Shown here: one piece after another, positions 53,284 to 64,000 of the stretch
Layout of the letters: each line of letters opens with the position of its first letter
Position numbering within the stretch: the first letter of the stretch is position 1
Assembly (NCBI RefSeq): GCF_009914755.1
Contig: NC_060946.1
Length of the DNA: 64,000 bases
Origin: the human T2T-CHM13v2.0 reference genome, Homo sapiens
Reading direction: 5' to 3' (one strand)
Notes under the pieces: model-generated
The model's input: only the letters and a program-made list of their open reading frames with translations
What the model was told of the DNA's origin: nothing
The model's database searches: none
Program-made: the position numbers and the translations under genes

Positions 53284-55052
53284 GATCTCCCAGGTGCTGT
53301 AACTTTAGTCTAAGCTCTGGCTACACGGCATTGTGACCTACCTCTGCACTGATCACCCAGGTGATCTAACTCTGGTCTAAGCTCTGCCTAAAGGGGCATT
53401 GTGACAGATCTCTGCACTGATCACTCTGGTGATGTAAGTATTGTCTAGGCTCTGCTTCAAGGGGCCTTGTCACATATCTCTGCACTGATCACCCAGGTGA
53501 TGTAACTCTTGTCTAGGCTCTGCTTCCAGGGCATATTGTGACATATCTATGCACTGATCACCTTAGTGATGTAACACTTTGGTAGACTCGGCCGACAGGG
53601 GAATCTTGACATATCTCTGCACAGTTAACCGGGGTGATTTAACTCTTGTCTAGGCTGTGCCCACAGGGGGATTGAGACATATCTCTGCACTGATCCCGAG
53701 GTGATACAACTCTTGCGTGGTCTCTGCCTACTGTGGACATTGTGACATATCTCTGCACTGATCTCCCAGGTGCTGTAACTTTAGTCTAGGCTCTGGCTAC
53801 ACGGCATTGTGACATATAACTGCACTGATCACCCAGGCGATATAACTGTTCTCTAGGATCTGACCACAGGGTGATTTGTGACATATCCCTGCAATGATCA
53901 CCCAGGTGATATACCACTTGCCAAGGCTCTGCCTACAGGGGCATTGCAGTGTATCTCTGCACTGATCACCTAGGTCTTGTAGGTATTTTCTAGGATCTGC
54001 CTACAGGGTGCTGTGTGACGTGTCCCAGCAAGGATTACCCAGGTGATGTACCTCTCATCAAGGCTCTCCCTACAGGCACATTGTGATGTATCTCTGCACT
54101 GATCACCTCGGTCATGTAACTTTTTTCTAGGCTCTACCTAGGATGGCATTGTGACATATCTCTGCACTAATCATCCAAGTGATGTAACTCTTGTCTAGGA
54201 TGTGCCTAAATTAACTTTTTGACATAACCCTGTACTGATCATCCAGGTGATGGAGCTTTTGTCTAGGCTCTGCCTAAGGGGGCATTGTGACATATTTCTG
54301 CATTGATCCCCCAGGTGGCGAACTCTTCTCTCGGATCTGCCTATGGGGGCATTGTGAGAAATCTCTGCACTGATCACCCAGGTGATGTAACTGTTGTGTA
54401 ACCTCTGCCTACAGGGGAATTGTGAGAGATCTCGCCCCTGATTACCCAAGTGATGTAACCGTTGTCTAGGCTTTGCGTACAGTGGGCTTTGTGACATACC
54501 TTTGCACTGATCACCCAGGTGATGTAACACATCTAAGTTCGGCCTAAAGGAGCTTTGTGACATATCTCTTCACTGATCGCTTAGGTGATGTAACACTTTT
54601 ATAATCACTGCCTACAGGGAATTTTGACAAATCTCTGCACTGATCACCTAGGTGATGTAACTCTTGTCTACCCTCTGTCCAACGGGGCATTGTGAAATAT
54701 CTCTGCACTGATCACACAGGTGATTCAACTCTTGACTAGGAACTGCCTACAGAGGTTATTGTGAAATATCTCTGCACTGATAAACTAGGTGGTGTAACCC
54801 TTGTCCAAGCTCTGCCTACAGGGGCGTTTCCACATATCCCTGAACTGATGACAGAGGTGATGTAACTCTTGCCTAGGCTTTGCCTACAGGGAACATTGGA
54901 CATATGTCTGCACTGATCAACCAGGTGATGCAACTCTTGCCTAGGCTTTGCCTACAGGGGACATTGTGACATACCTCTTCAATGATCACTCATGTGATGC
55001 ATCTCTTGCCTAGGCTTTGCCTACAGGGGACATTGTGACATATCTCTGCACT
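53284..55052. repeat. 26-monomer HOR variant (M1/M2 fusion plus loss of M3), 1769 bp
   Basis: At 53341 CCTCTGCACTGATCACCCAGGTGAT runs directly into CTAACTCTGG (M4). Length 1769 = 1906-68-69. Confidence 0.9.
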
Positions 55053-58000
55053 GATCTCCCAGGTGCTGTAACTTTAGTCTAGGCTCTGGCTACACGGCAT
55101 TGTGACATATCACTGCACTGATCAACCAGGTGATATAACTCTTGTATAGGCTCTCCCTACAGGGGGATTGTGACCTACCTCTGCACTGATCACCCAGGTG
55201 ATATAACTCTTCTCTAGGATCTTCCTACAGGGTACTTTGTGACATATCCCTGCACTGATCACCCAGGTGATCTATCTCTGGTCTAAGCTCTGCCTAAAGG
55301 GGCATTGTGACAGATCTCTGCACTGATCACTCAGGTGATGTAAGTATTGTCTAGGCTCTGCTTCAAGGGGCCTTGTCACATATCTCTGCACTGATCACCC
55401 AGGTGATGTAACTCTTGTCTAGGCTCTGCTTCCAGGGCATATTGTGACATATCTATGCACTGATCACCTCAGTGATGTAACACTTTGGTAGGCTCGGCCT
55501 ACGGCGGAATCTTGACATATCTCTGCACTGTTAACCGATGTGATTTAACTCTTGTCTAGGCTGTGACCACAGGGTTATTGAGACATATCTCTGCACTGAT
55601 CCCGAGGTGATACAACTCTTGCCTGGTCTCTGCCTACTGTGGACATTGTGACATATCTCTGCACTGATCTCCCAGGTGCTGTAACTTTAGTCTAGGCTCT
55701 GGCTACACGGCATTGTGACATATCACTGCACTGATCACCCAGGCAATATAACTCTTCTCTAGGATCTGACCACAGGGTGCTTTGTGACATATCCCTGCAA
55801 TGATCACCCAGGTGATATACCACTTGCCGAGGCTCTGACTACAGGGGCATTGCAATGTATCTCTGCACTGATCACCTAGGTCTTGTAGCTATTTTCTAGG
55901 ATCTGCCTACAGGGTGCTTTGTGACGTGTCCCAGCAAGGATTACCCAGGTGATGTACCTCTCATCAAGGCTCTGCCTACAGGCACATTGTGATGTATCTC
56001 TGCACTGATCACCTCTGTCATGTAACTTTTTTCTAGGCTCTACCTACGATGGCATTGTGACATATCTCTGCTCTAATCGTCCAAGTGATGTAACTCTTGT
56101 CTAGGATGTGCCTTAGTTAACTTTTTGACATAACCCTGTACTGATCATCCAGGTGATGGAGATTTGTCTAGGCTCTGCCTAAGGGGGCATTGTGACATAT
56201 TTCTGCATTGATCACCCAAGTGGCGAACTCTTCTCTCGGATCTGCCTATGGGGGCATTGTGAGAAATCTCTGCACTGATCACCCAGGTGATGTAACTGTT
56301 GTGTAACCTCTGCCTACAGGGGAATTGTGAGAGATCTCGTCACTGATTACCCAAGTGATGTAACCATTGTCTAGGCTTTGCGTACAGGGGGCTTTGTGAC
56401 ATACATTTGCCCTGATCACCCAGGTGATGTAACACATCTAAGTTCGGCCTAAAGGAGCTTTGTGACATATCTCTGCACTGATCGCTTAGGTGATGTAACA
56501 CTTTTATAATCACTGCCTACAGGGAATTTTGACAAATCTCTGCACTGATCACCTAGGTGATGTAACTCTTGTCTACCCTCTGTCCAACGGGGCATTGTGA
56601 AATATCTCTGCACTGATCACCCAGGTGATTCAACTCTTGACTAGGAACTGCCTACAGAGGTTATTGTGAAATATCTCTGCACTGATAAACTAGGTGGTGT
56701 AACCCTTGTCCAAGCTCTGCCTACAGGGGCGTTTCCACATATCCCTGAACTGATGACAGAGGTGATGTAACTCTTGCCTAGGCTTTGCCTACAGGGAACA
56801 TTGGACATATATCTGCACTGATCACCCAGGTGATGCAACTCTTGCCTAGGCTTTGCCTACAGGGACATCGTGACATATCTCTTCAATGATCACTCATGTG
56901 ATGCATCTCTTGCCTAGGCTTTGCCTACAGGGGACATTGTGACATATCTCTGCTCTGATCTCCCAGGTGCTGTAACTTTAGTCTAGGCTCTGGCTACACG
57001 GCATTGTGACATATCACTGCACTGATCAACCAGGTGATATAACTCTTGTATAGGCTCTGCCTACAGGGGGATTGTGACCTACCTCTGCACTGATCACCCA
57101 GGTGATATAACTCTTCTCTAGGATCTTCCTACAGGGTACTTTGTGACATATCCCTGCACTGATCACCCATGTGATCTATCTCTGGTCTAAGCTCTGCCGA
57201 AAGGGGCATTGTGACAGATCTCTGCACTGATCACTCAGGTGATGTAAGTTTTGTCTAGGCTCTGCTTCAAGGGGCCTTGTCACATATCTCTGCACTGATC
57301 ACCCAGGTGATGTAACTCTTGTCTAGGCTCTGCTTCCAGGGCATATTGTGACATATCTATGCACTGATCAACTTAGTGATGTAACACATTGGTAGTCTCG
57401 GCCTACAGGGGAATCTTGACATATCTCTGCACTGTTAACCGATGTGATTTAACTCTTGTCTAGGCTGTGCCCACAGGGGATTGAGACATATCTCTGCACT
57501 GATCCCGAGGTTATACAACTCTTGCCTGGTCTCTGCCTACTGTGGACATTGTGACATATCTCTACACTGATCTCCCAGGTGTTGTAACTTTAGTCTAGGC
57601 TCTGTCTACACGGAATTGTGACATATCACTGCACTGATCACCCAGGCGATATAACTCTTCTCTAGGATCTGACCACAGGGTGCTTTGTGACATATCCCTG
57701 CAATGATCACCCAGGTGATATACCACTTGCCAAGGCTCTGCCTACAGGGGCATTGCAATGTATCTCTGCACTGATCACCTAGGTCTTGTAGCTATTTTCT
57801 AGGATCTGCCTACAGGGTGCTTTGTGACGTGTCCCAGCAAGGATTACCCAGGTGATCTACCTCTCATCAAGGCTCTGCCTACAGGCACATTGTGATGTAT
57901 CTCTGCACTGATCACCTAGGTCATGTAACTATTTTCTAGGGTCTACCTACGATGGCATTGTGACATATCTCTGCACTAATCATCCAAGTGGTGTAACTCT

Positions 58001-60765
58001 TGTCTAGGATATGCCTAAATTAACTTTTTGACATAACCCTGTACTGATCATCCAGGTGATGGAGCTTTTGTCTAGGCTCTGCCTAAGGGGGCATTGTGAC
58101 ATATTTCTGCATTGATCACCCAGGTGGCGAACTCTTCTCTCGGATCTGCCTATGGGGCATTGTGAGAAATCTCTGCACTGATCACCCAGGTGATGTAACT
58201 GTTGTGTAACCTCTGTCTACAGGGGAATTGTGAGAGATCTCGCCACTGATTACCCAAGTGATGTAACCGTTGTCTAGGCTTTGCGTACAGGGGGCTTTGT
58301 GACATACCTTTGCACTGATCACCCAGGTGATGTAACACATCTAAGTTCGGCCTATAGAGCTTTGTGACATATCTCTGCACTGATCGCTTAGGTGATGTAA
58401 CACTTTTATAATCACTGCCTACAGGGAATTTTGACAAATCTCTGCACTGATCACCTAGGTGATGTAACTCTTGTCTACCCTCTGTCCAACGGGGCATTGT
58501 GAAATATCTCTGCACTGATTACCCAGGTGATTCAACTCTTGACTAGGAACTGCCTACAGAGATTATTGTGAAATATCTCTGCACTGATAAACTAGGTGGT
58601 GTAACCCTTGTCCAAGCTCTGCCTACAGGGGCGTTTCCACATATCAATGAACTGATGACAGTGGTGATGTAACTCTTGCCTAGGTTTTGCCTACAGGGAA
58701 CATTGGACATATATCTGCACTGATCACCCAAGTGATGCAACGCTTGCCTAGGTTTTGCCTACAGGGGACACTGTGACATATCTCTTCAATGATCACTCAT
58801 GTGATGCATCTCTTGCCTAGGCTTTGCCTACAGGGGACATTGTGACATATCTCTGCACCGATCTCCCAGGTGCTGTAACTTTAGTCTAGGCTCTGGCTAC
58901 ACGGCATTGTGACATATCACTGCACTGATCAACCAGGTGATATAACTCTTGTATAGGCTCTGACTACATGCGGATTGTGACCTACCTCTGCACTGATCAC
59001 CCAGGTGATATAACTCTTCTCTAGGATCTTCCTACAGGGTACTTTGTGAGATATCCCTGCACTGATCACCCAGGTGATCTATCTCTGGTCTAAGCTCTGC
59101 CTAAAGGGGCATTGTGACAGATCTCTGCACTGATCACTCAGGTGATGTAAGTATTGTCTAGGCTCTGCTTCAAGGGGCCTTGTCACATGTCTCTGCACTG
59201 ATCACCCAGGTGATGTAACTCTTGTCTAGGCTCTGCTTCCAGGGCATATTGTGACATATCTATGCACTGATCACCTTAGTGATGTAACACTTTGGTAGGC
59301 TCGGCCTACAGGGGAATCTTGACATATCTCTGCACTCTTAACCGAGGTGATTTAACTCTTGTCTAGGCTGTGCCCACAGGGGGATTGAGACATATCTCTG
59401 CACTGATCCCGAGGTGATACAACTCTTGCCTGGTCTCTGCCTACTGTGGACATTGTGACATATCTCTGCACTGATCTCCCAGGTGCTGTAACTTTAGTCT
59501 AGGCTTTGGCTACACGGCATTGTGACATATCACTGCACTGATCACCGAGGCGATATAACTCTTCTCTAGGATCTGACCACAGGGTGCTTTGTGACATTTC
59601 CCTGCAATGATCACCCAGGTGATATACCACTTGCCAAGGCTCTGCCTACAGGGGCATTGCAATGTATCTCTGCACTGATCACCTAGGTCTTGTAGCTATT
59701 TTCTAGGATCTGCCTACAGGGTGCTTTGTGACGTGTCCCAGCAAGGATTACCCATGTGATGTACCTCTCATCAAGGCTCTGCCTACAGGCACATTGTGAT
59801 GTATCTCTGCACTGATCACCTAGGTCATGTAAATTTTTTCTAGGCTCTACCTACGATGGCATTTTGACATATCTCTGCACTAATCATCCAAGTGATGTAA
59901 CTCTTGTCTAGGATGTGCCTAAATTAACTTTTTGACATAACCCTGTACTGATCATCCAGGTGATGGAGCTTTTGTCTAGGCTCTGCCTAATGGGGCATTG
60001 TGACATATTTCTGCATTGATCACCCAGGTGGCGAACTCTTCTCTCGGATCTGCCTATGGGGGCATTGTGAGAAATCTCTGCACTGATCACCCAGGTGATG
60101 TAACTGTTGTGTAACCTCTGCCTACAGGGGAATTGTGAGAGATCTCGCCACTGATTACCCAAGTGATGTAACCGTTGTCTAGGCTTTGCGTACAGGGGGC
60201 TTTGTGACATACCTTTGCAGTGATCACCCAGGTGATGTAACACATCTAAGTTCGGCCTAAAGGAGCTTTGTGACATATCTCTGCACTGATCACTTAGGTG
60301 ATGTAACACTTTTATAATCACTGCCTGCAGGGAATTTTGACAAATCTCTGCACTGATCACCTAGGTGATGTAACTCTTGTCTACCCTCTGTCCAACGGGG
60401 CATTGTGAAATATCTCTGCACTGATCACCCAGGTGATTCAACTCTTGACTAGGAACTGCCTACAGAGGTTATTGTGAAATATCTCTGCACTGATAAATTA
60501 GGTGGTGTAACCGTTGTCCAAGCTCTGTCTACAGAGGCGTTTCCACATATCCCTGAACTGATGACAGAGGTGATGTAACTCTTGCCTAGGCTTTGTCTAC
60601 AGGGAACATTGGACATATATCTGCACTGATCACCCAGGTGATGCAACTCTTGCCTAGGCTTTGCCTACAGGGGACATTGTGACATATCCCTTCAATGATC
60701 ACTCATGTGATGCATCTCTTGCCTAGGCTTTGCCTACAGGGGACATTGTGACATATGTCTGCACT
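55053..60765. repeat. Three more diverged 28-mer units
   Basis: M1 starts are at 55053, 56957 and 58860, with the next at 60766 (1904, 1903, 1906 bp). M2 and M3 are present, with many private SNPs and 1-bp deletions. Confidence 0.88.
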
Positions 60766-63216
60766 GATCTCCCAGGTGCTGTAACTTTAGTCTAGGCTCT
60801 GGCTACACGGCATTGTGACATATCACTGCACTGATCAACCAGGTGATATAACTCTTGTATAGGCTCTGCCTACAGGGGGATTGTGACCTACCTCTGCACT
60901 GATCACCCAGGTGATATAACTCTTCTCTAGGATCTTCCTACAGGGTACATTGTGACATATCCCTGCACTGATCACCCAGGTGATCTATCTCTGGTCTAAG
61001 CTCTGCCTAAAGGGGCATTGTGACAGATCTCTGCACTGATCACTCAGGTGATGTAAGTATTGTCTAGGCTCTGCTTCAAGGGGCCTTGTCACATATCTCT
61101 GCACTGATCACCCAGGTGATGTAACTCTTGTCTAGGCTCTGCTTCCAGGGCATATTGTGACATATCTATGCACTGATCACCTTAGTGATGTAACACTTGT
61201 GTAGGCTCGGCCTACAGCGGAATTTTGACATATCTCAGCACTGTTAAACGAGGTGATTTAACTCTTGTCTAGGCTGTGCCCAGAGGGGGATTGAGACAAA
61301 TCTCTGCACTGATCCCGAGGTGATCCAACTCTTTCTTCGTCTCTGTCTACTGGGGACATAGTGACATATCTCTGCACTGATCTCCCAGGTGCTGTAACTT
61401 TAGTCTAGGCTATGGCTACACGGCATTGTGACATATCACTGCACTGATCACCCAGGCGATACAGCACTTTTCTGGGATCTGCCTACAATGGTCTTGTGAC
61501 ATATCACAGCACTGATCACCGAGGCGATATAACTCTTCTCTAGGATCTGACCACAGGGTGCTTTGTGACATATCCCTGCAATGATCACCCAGGTGATGTA
61601 ACTCTTGTCTAGGCTCTGCTTCCAGGGCATATTGTGACATATCTATGCACTGATCACCTTAGTGATGTAACACTTTGGTAGGCTCGGCCTACAGGGGAAT
61701 CTTGACATATCTCTGCACTGTTAACCGAGGTGATTTAACTCTTGTCTAGGCTGTGCCCACAGGGGGATTGAGACAAATCTCTGCACTGATCCCGAGGTGA
61801 TCCAACTCTTGCTTCGTCTCTGTCTACTGGGGACATAGTGACATATCTCTGCACTGATCTCCCAGGTGCTGTAAATTTAGTCTAGGCTCTGGCTACAAGG
61901 CATTGTGACATATCACTGCACTGATCACCCAGGCGATACAGCACTTTTCTGGGATCTGCCTACAATGGTCTTGTGACATATCACAGCACTGATCACCCAG
62001 GCGATATAACTCTTCTCTAGGATCTGACCACAGGGTGCTTTGTGACATATCCCTGCAATGATCACCCAGGTGATATACCATTTGCCAAGGCTCTGCCTAC
62101 AGGGGCATTGCAATGTATCTCTGCACTGATCACCTAGGTCTTGTAGCTATTTTCTAGGATCTGCCTACAGGGTGCTTTGTGAAGTGTCCCAGCAAGGATT
62201 ACCCAGGAGATGTACCTCTCATCAAGGCTCTGCCTACAGGCACATTGTGATGTATCTCCGCACTGATCACCTAGGTCATGTAACTTTTTTCTAGGCTCTA
62301 CCTACGATGGCATTGTGACATATCTCTGCACTAATCATCCAAGTGATGTAACTCTTGTCTAGGATGTGCCTAAATTAACTTTTTGACATAACCCTGTACT
62401 GATCATCCAGGTGATGGAGCTTTTGTCTAGGCACTGGCTAAGGGGGCATTGTGACATACTTCTGCATTGATCACCCAGGTGGCGAACTCTTCTCTCAGAT
62501 CTGCCTATGGGGGCATTGTGATAAATCTCTGCACTGATCACCCAGGTGATGTAACTGTTGTGTAACCTCTGCCTACAGGGGAATTGTGAGAGATCTCGTC
62601 ACTGATTACACAAGTGATGTAACCGTTGTCTAGGCTTTGCGTACAGGGGGCTTTGTGACATAACTTTGCACTGATCACCCAAGTGATGTAACACAACTAA
62701 GTTCGGCCTAAAGGAGCTTTGTGACATATCTCTGCACTGATCGCTTAGGTGATGTAACACTTTTATAATCACTGCCTACAGGGAATTTTGACAAATCTCT
62801 GCACTGATCACCTAGGTGATGTAACTCTTGTCTACCCTCTGTCCAACGGGGCATTGTGAAATATCTCTGCACTGATCACCCAGGTGATTCTACTCTTGAC
62901 TAGGAACTGCCTACAGAGGTTATTGTGAAATATCTCTGCACTGATAAACTAGGTGGTGTAACCCTTGTCCAAGCTCTGACTACAGGGGCGTTTCCACATA
63001 TCCCTGAACTGATGACAGAGGTGATGTAACTCTTGCCTAGGCTTTGCCTACAGGGAACATTGGACATATATCTGCACTGATCACCCAGGTGATGCAACTC
63101 TTGCCTAGGCTTTGCCTACAGGGGACATTGTGACATATCTCTTCAATGATCACTCATGTGATGCATCTCTTGCCTAGGCTTTGCCTATAGGGGACATTGT
63201 GACATATCTCTGCACT
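60766..63216. repeat. 36-monomer unit (2451 bp): 28-mer plus extra monomer X plus a 477-bp tandem duplication
   Basis: Order is M1..M10, X (61446-61513), M11, M6..M10, X (61923-61990), M11..M28. 1906+68+477 = 2451, which equals the landmark spacing 59908->62359. Confidence 0.9.
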
Positions 63217-64000
63217 GGTCTCCCAGGTGCTGTAACTTTAGTCTAGGCTCTGGCTACACGGCATTGTGACATATCACTGCACTGATCAACCAGGTGATAT
63301 AACTCTTGTATAGGCTCTGCCTACAGGGGGATTGTGACCTACCTCTGCACTGATCACCCAGGTGATATAACTCTTCTCTAGGATCTTCCTACAGGGTACT
63401 TTGTGACATATCCCTGCACTGATCACCCAGGTGATCTATCTCTGGTCTAAGCTCTGCCTAAAGGGGCATTGTGACAGATCTCTGCACTGATCACTCAAGT
63501 GATGTAAGTATTGTCCAGGCTCTGCTTCAAGGGGCCTTGTCACATATCTCTGCACTGATCACCCAGGTGATGTAACTCTTGTCTAGGCTCTGCTTCCAGG
63601 GCATATTGTGACATATCTATGCACTGATCACCTTAGTGATGTAACACTTTGGTAGGCTCGGCCTACAGGGGAATCTTGACATATCTCTGCACTGTTAACC
63701 GAGGTGATTTAACTCTTGTCAAGGCTGTGCCCACAGGGAGATTGAGACATATCTCTGCACTGATCCCGAGGTGATACAACTCTTGCCTGGTCTCTGCCTA
63801 CTGTGGACATTGTGACATATCTCTGCACTTATCTCCCAGGTGCTGTAACTTTAGTCTAGGCTCTGGCTACACGGCATTGTGACATATCACTGCTCTGATC
63901 AACCAGTTGATATAACTCATGTATAGGCTCTGCCTACAGGGGGTTTGTGACCTACCGTTGCACTGTTCACCCAGTTGATAAAACTCTTCTCTAGGATCTG
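63217..64000. repeat. Partial unit M1-M10 followed by a jump back to diverged M2/M3
   Basis: M10 at 63830 is followed at 63897 by GATCAACCAGTTGATATAACTCATGTATAGG (M2-like) instead of M11. Confidence 0.85.

Larger units (their letters stand above)
1..64000. repeat. Beta satellite (68-bp Sau3A/BSR) tandem array, ~940 monomers in one orientation, running past both window ends
   Basis: The motif ...TCTCTGCACT|GATCACCCAGGTGATGTAAC...TAGGCTCTGCCTACAGGGGCATTGTGACA recurs every 66-69 bp throughout (monomer starts 31, 98, 166, 235, 303, 371, 440...). Most monomers begin with GATC (Sau3AI). The 68-bp consensus matches the primate beta satellite as I recognise it. Confidence 0.96.

Noticed and set aside
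40723-62359. The same 2451-bp length arises twice (1293+1158 at 40.7-43.2 kb, and 59908->62359)
   Set aside because: Both equal 36 monomers but have different monomer content and junctions. This is a coincidence of quantised lengths.
1078-63097. About 70 minus-strand ORFs of 60-150 aa, rich in Cys/His (HHLGDQCR repeats), superficially like zinc-binding repeat proteins
   Set aside because: They are translations of the satellite. They recur at the HOR period, open and close with single SNPs or indels, overlap in different frames and have no recognisable domain. The strand bias follows from the many TGA/TAA/TAG triplets in the plus-strand monomer.
1-64000. CRISPR-like look: a conserved, partly palindromic ~35-bp block alternating with a more variable ~33-bp block
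   Set aside because: The 'spacers' are homologous to one another and repeat every 28 units. There is no leader or cas gene, and the sequence is a primate satellite.
1-64000. Alpha satellite / active centromere, HSat2/3, or D4Z4/LSAU/DUX4-associated sequence
   Set aside because: The period is 68 bp, not 171 bp. I saw no CENP-B box, no (CATTC)n tracts and no GC-rich D4Z4/LSAU interruption.
1-64000. Assignment to a specific species, chromosome or named clone
   Set aside because: There is no unique flanking sequence. Acrocentric short-arm or pericentromeric heterochromatin is plausible but needs alignment.

Overview
The whole 64 kb window is one uninterrupted, single-orientation tandem array of the ~68-bp beta satellite (Sau3A/BSR family of human/hominoid heterochromatin). 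The consensus read here is GATCACCCAGGTGATGTAACTCTTGTCTAGGCTCTGCCTACAGGGGCATTGTGACATATCTCTGCACT. I see no genes, RNA genes, transposon insertions or CRISPR arrays, and the ORF track is an artefact of the repeat. The ~940 monomers form a 28-monomer higher-order repeat (HOR) of 1905-1906 bp, with 34 copies of a landmark monomer. I number the monomers M1-M28 from position 31. The array is layered: (i) ~1-16.6 kb, very homogeneous with 2-HOR (3810/3811 bp) super-periods; (ii) ~16.6-32.4 kb, 28-mers with a 1-HOR duplication and a 3-HOR (~5717 bp) relic; (iii) ~32.4-55 kb, a derived 27-mer lineage with one 28-mer intercalated, a 34-bp half-monomer deletion, a template-switch mosaic and a 26-mer; (iv) 55-64 kb, more diverged 28-mers, one 36-monomer unit carrying an extra monomer type (a possible 29-mer relic), and a register jump at the window end. 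I found no new gene system. The interesting biology is the readable record of satellite evolution. All alignments were done by eye, aided by ORF-track spacing. Species and chromosome cannot be fixed from the sequence alone.
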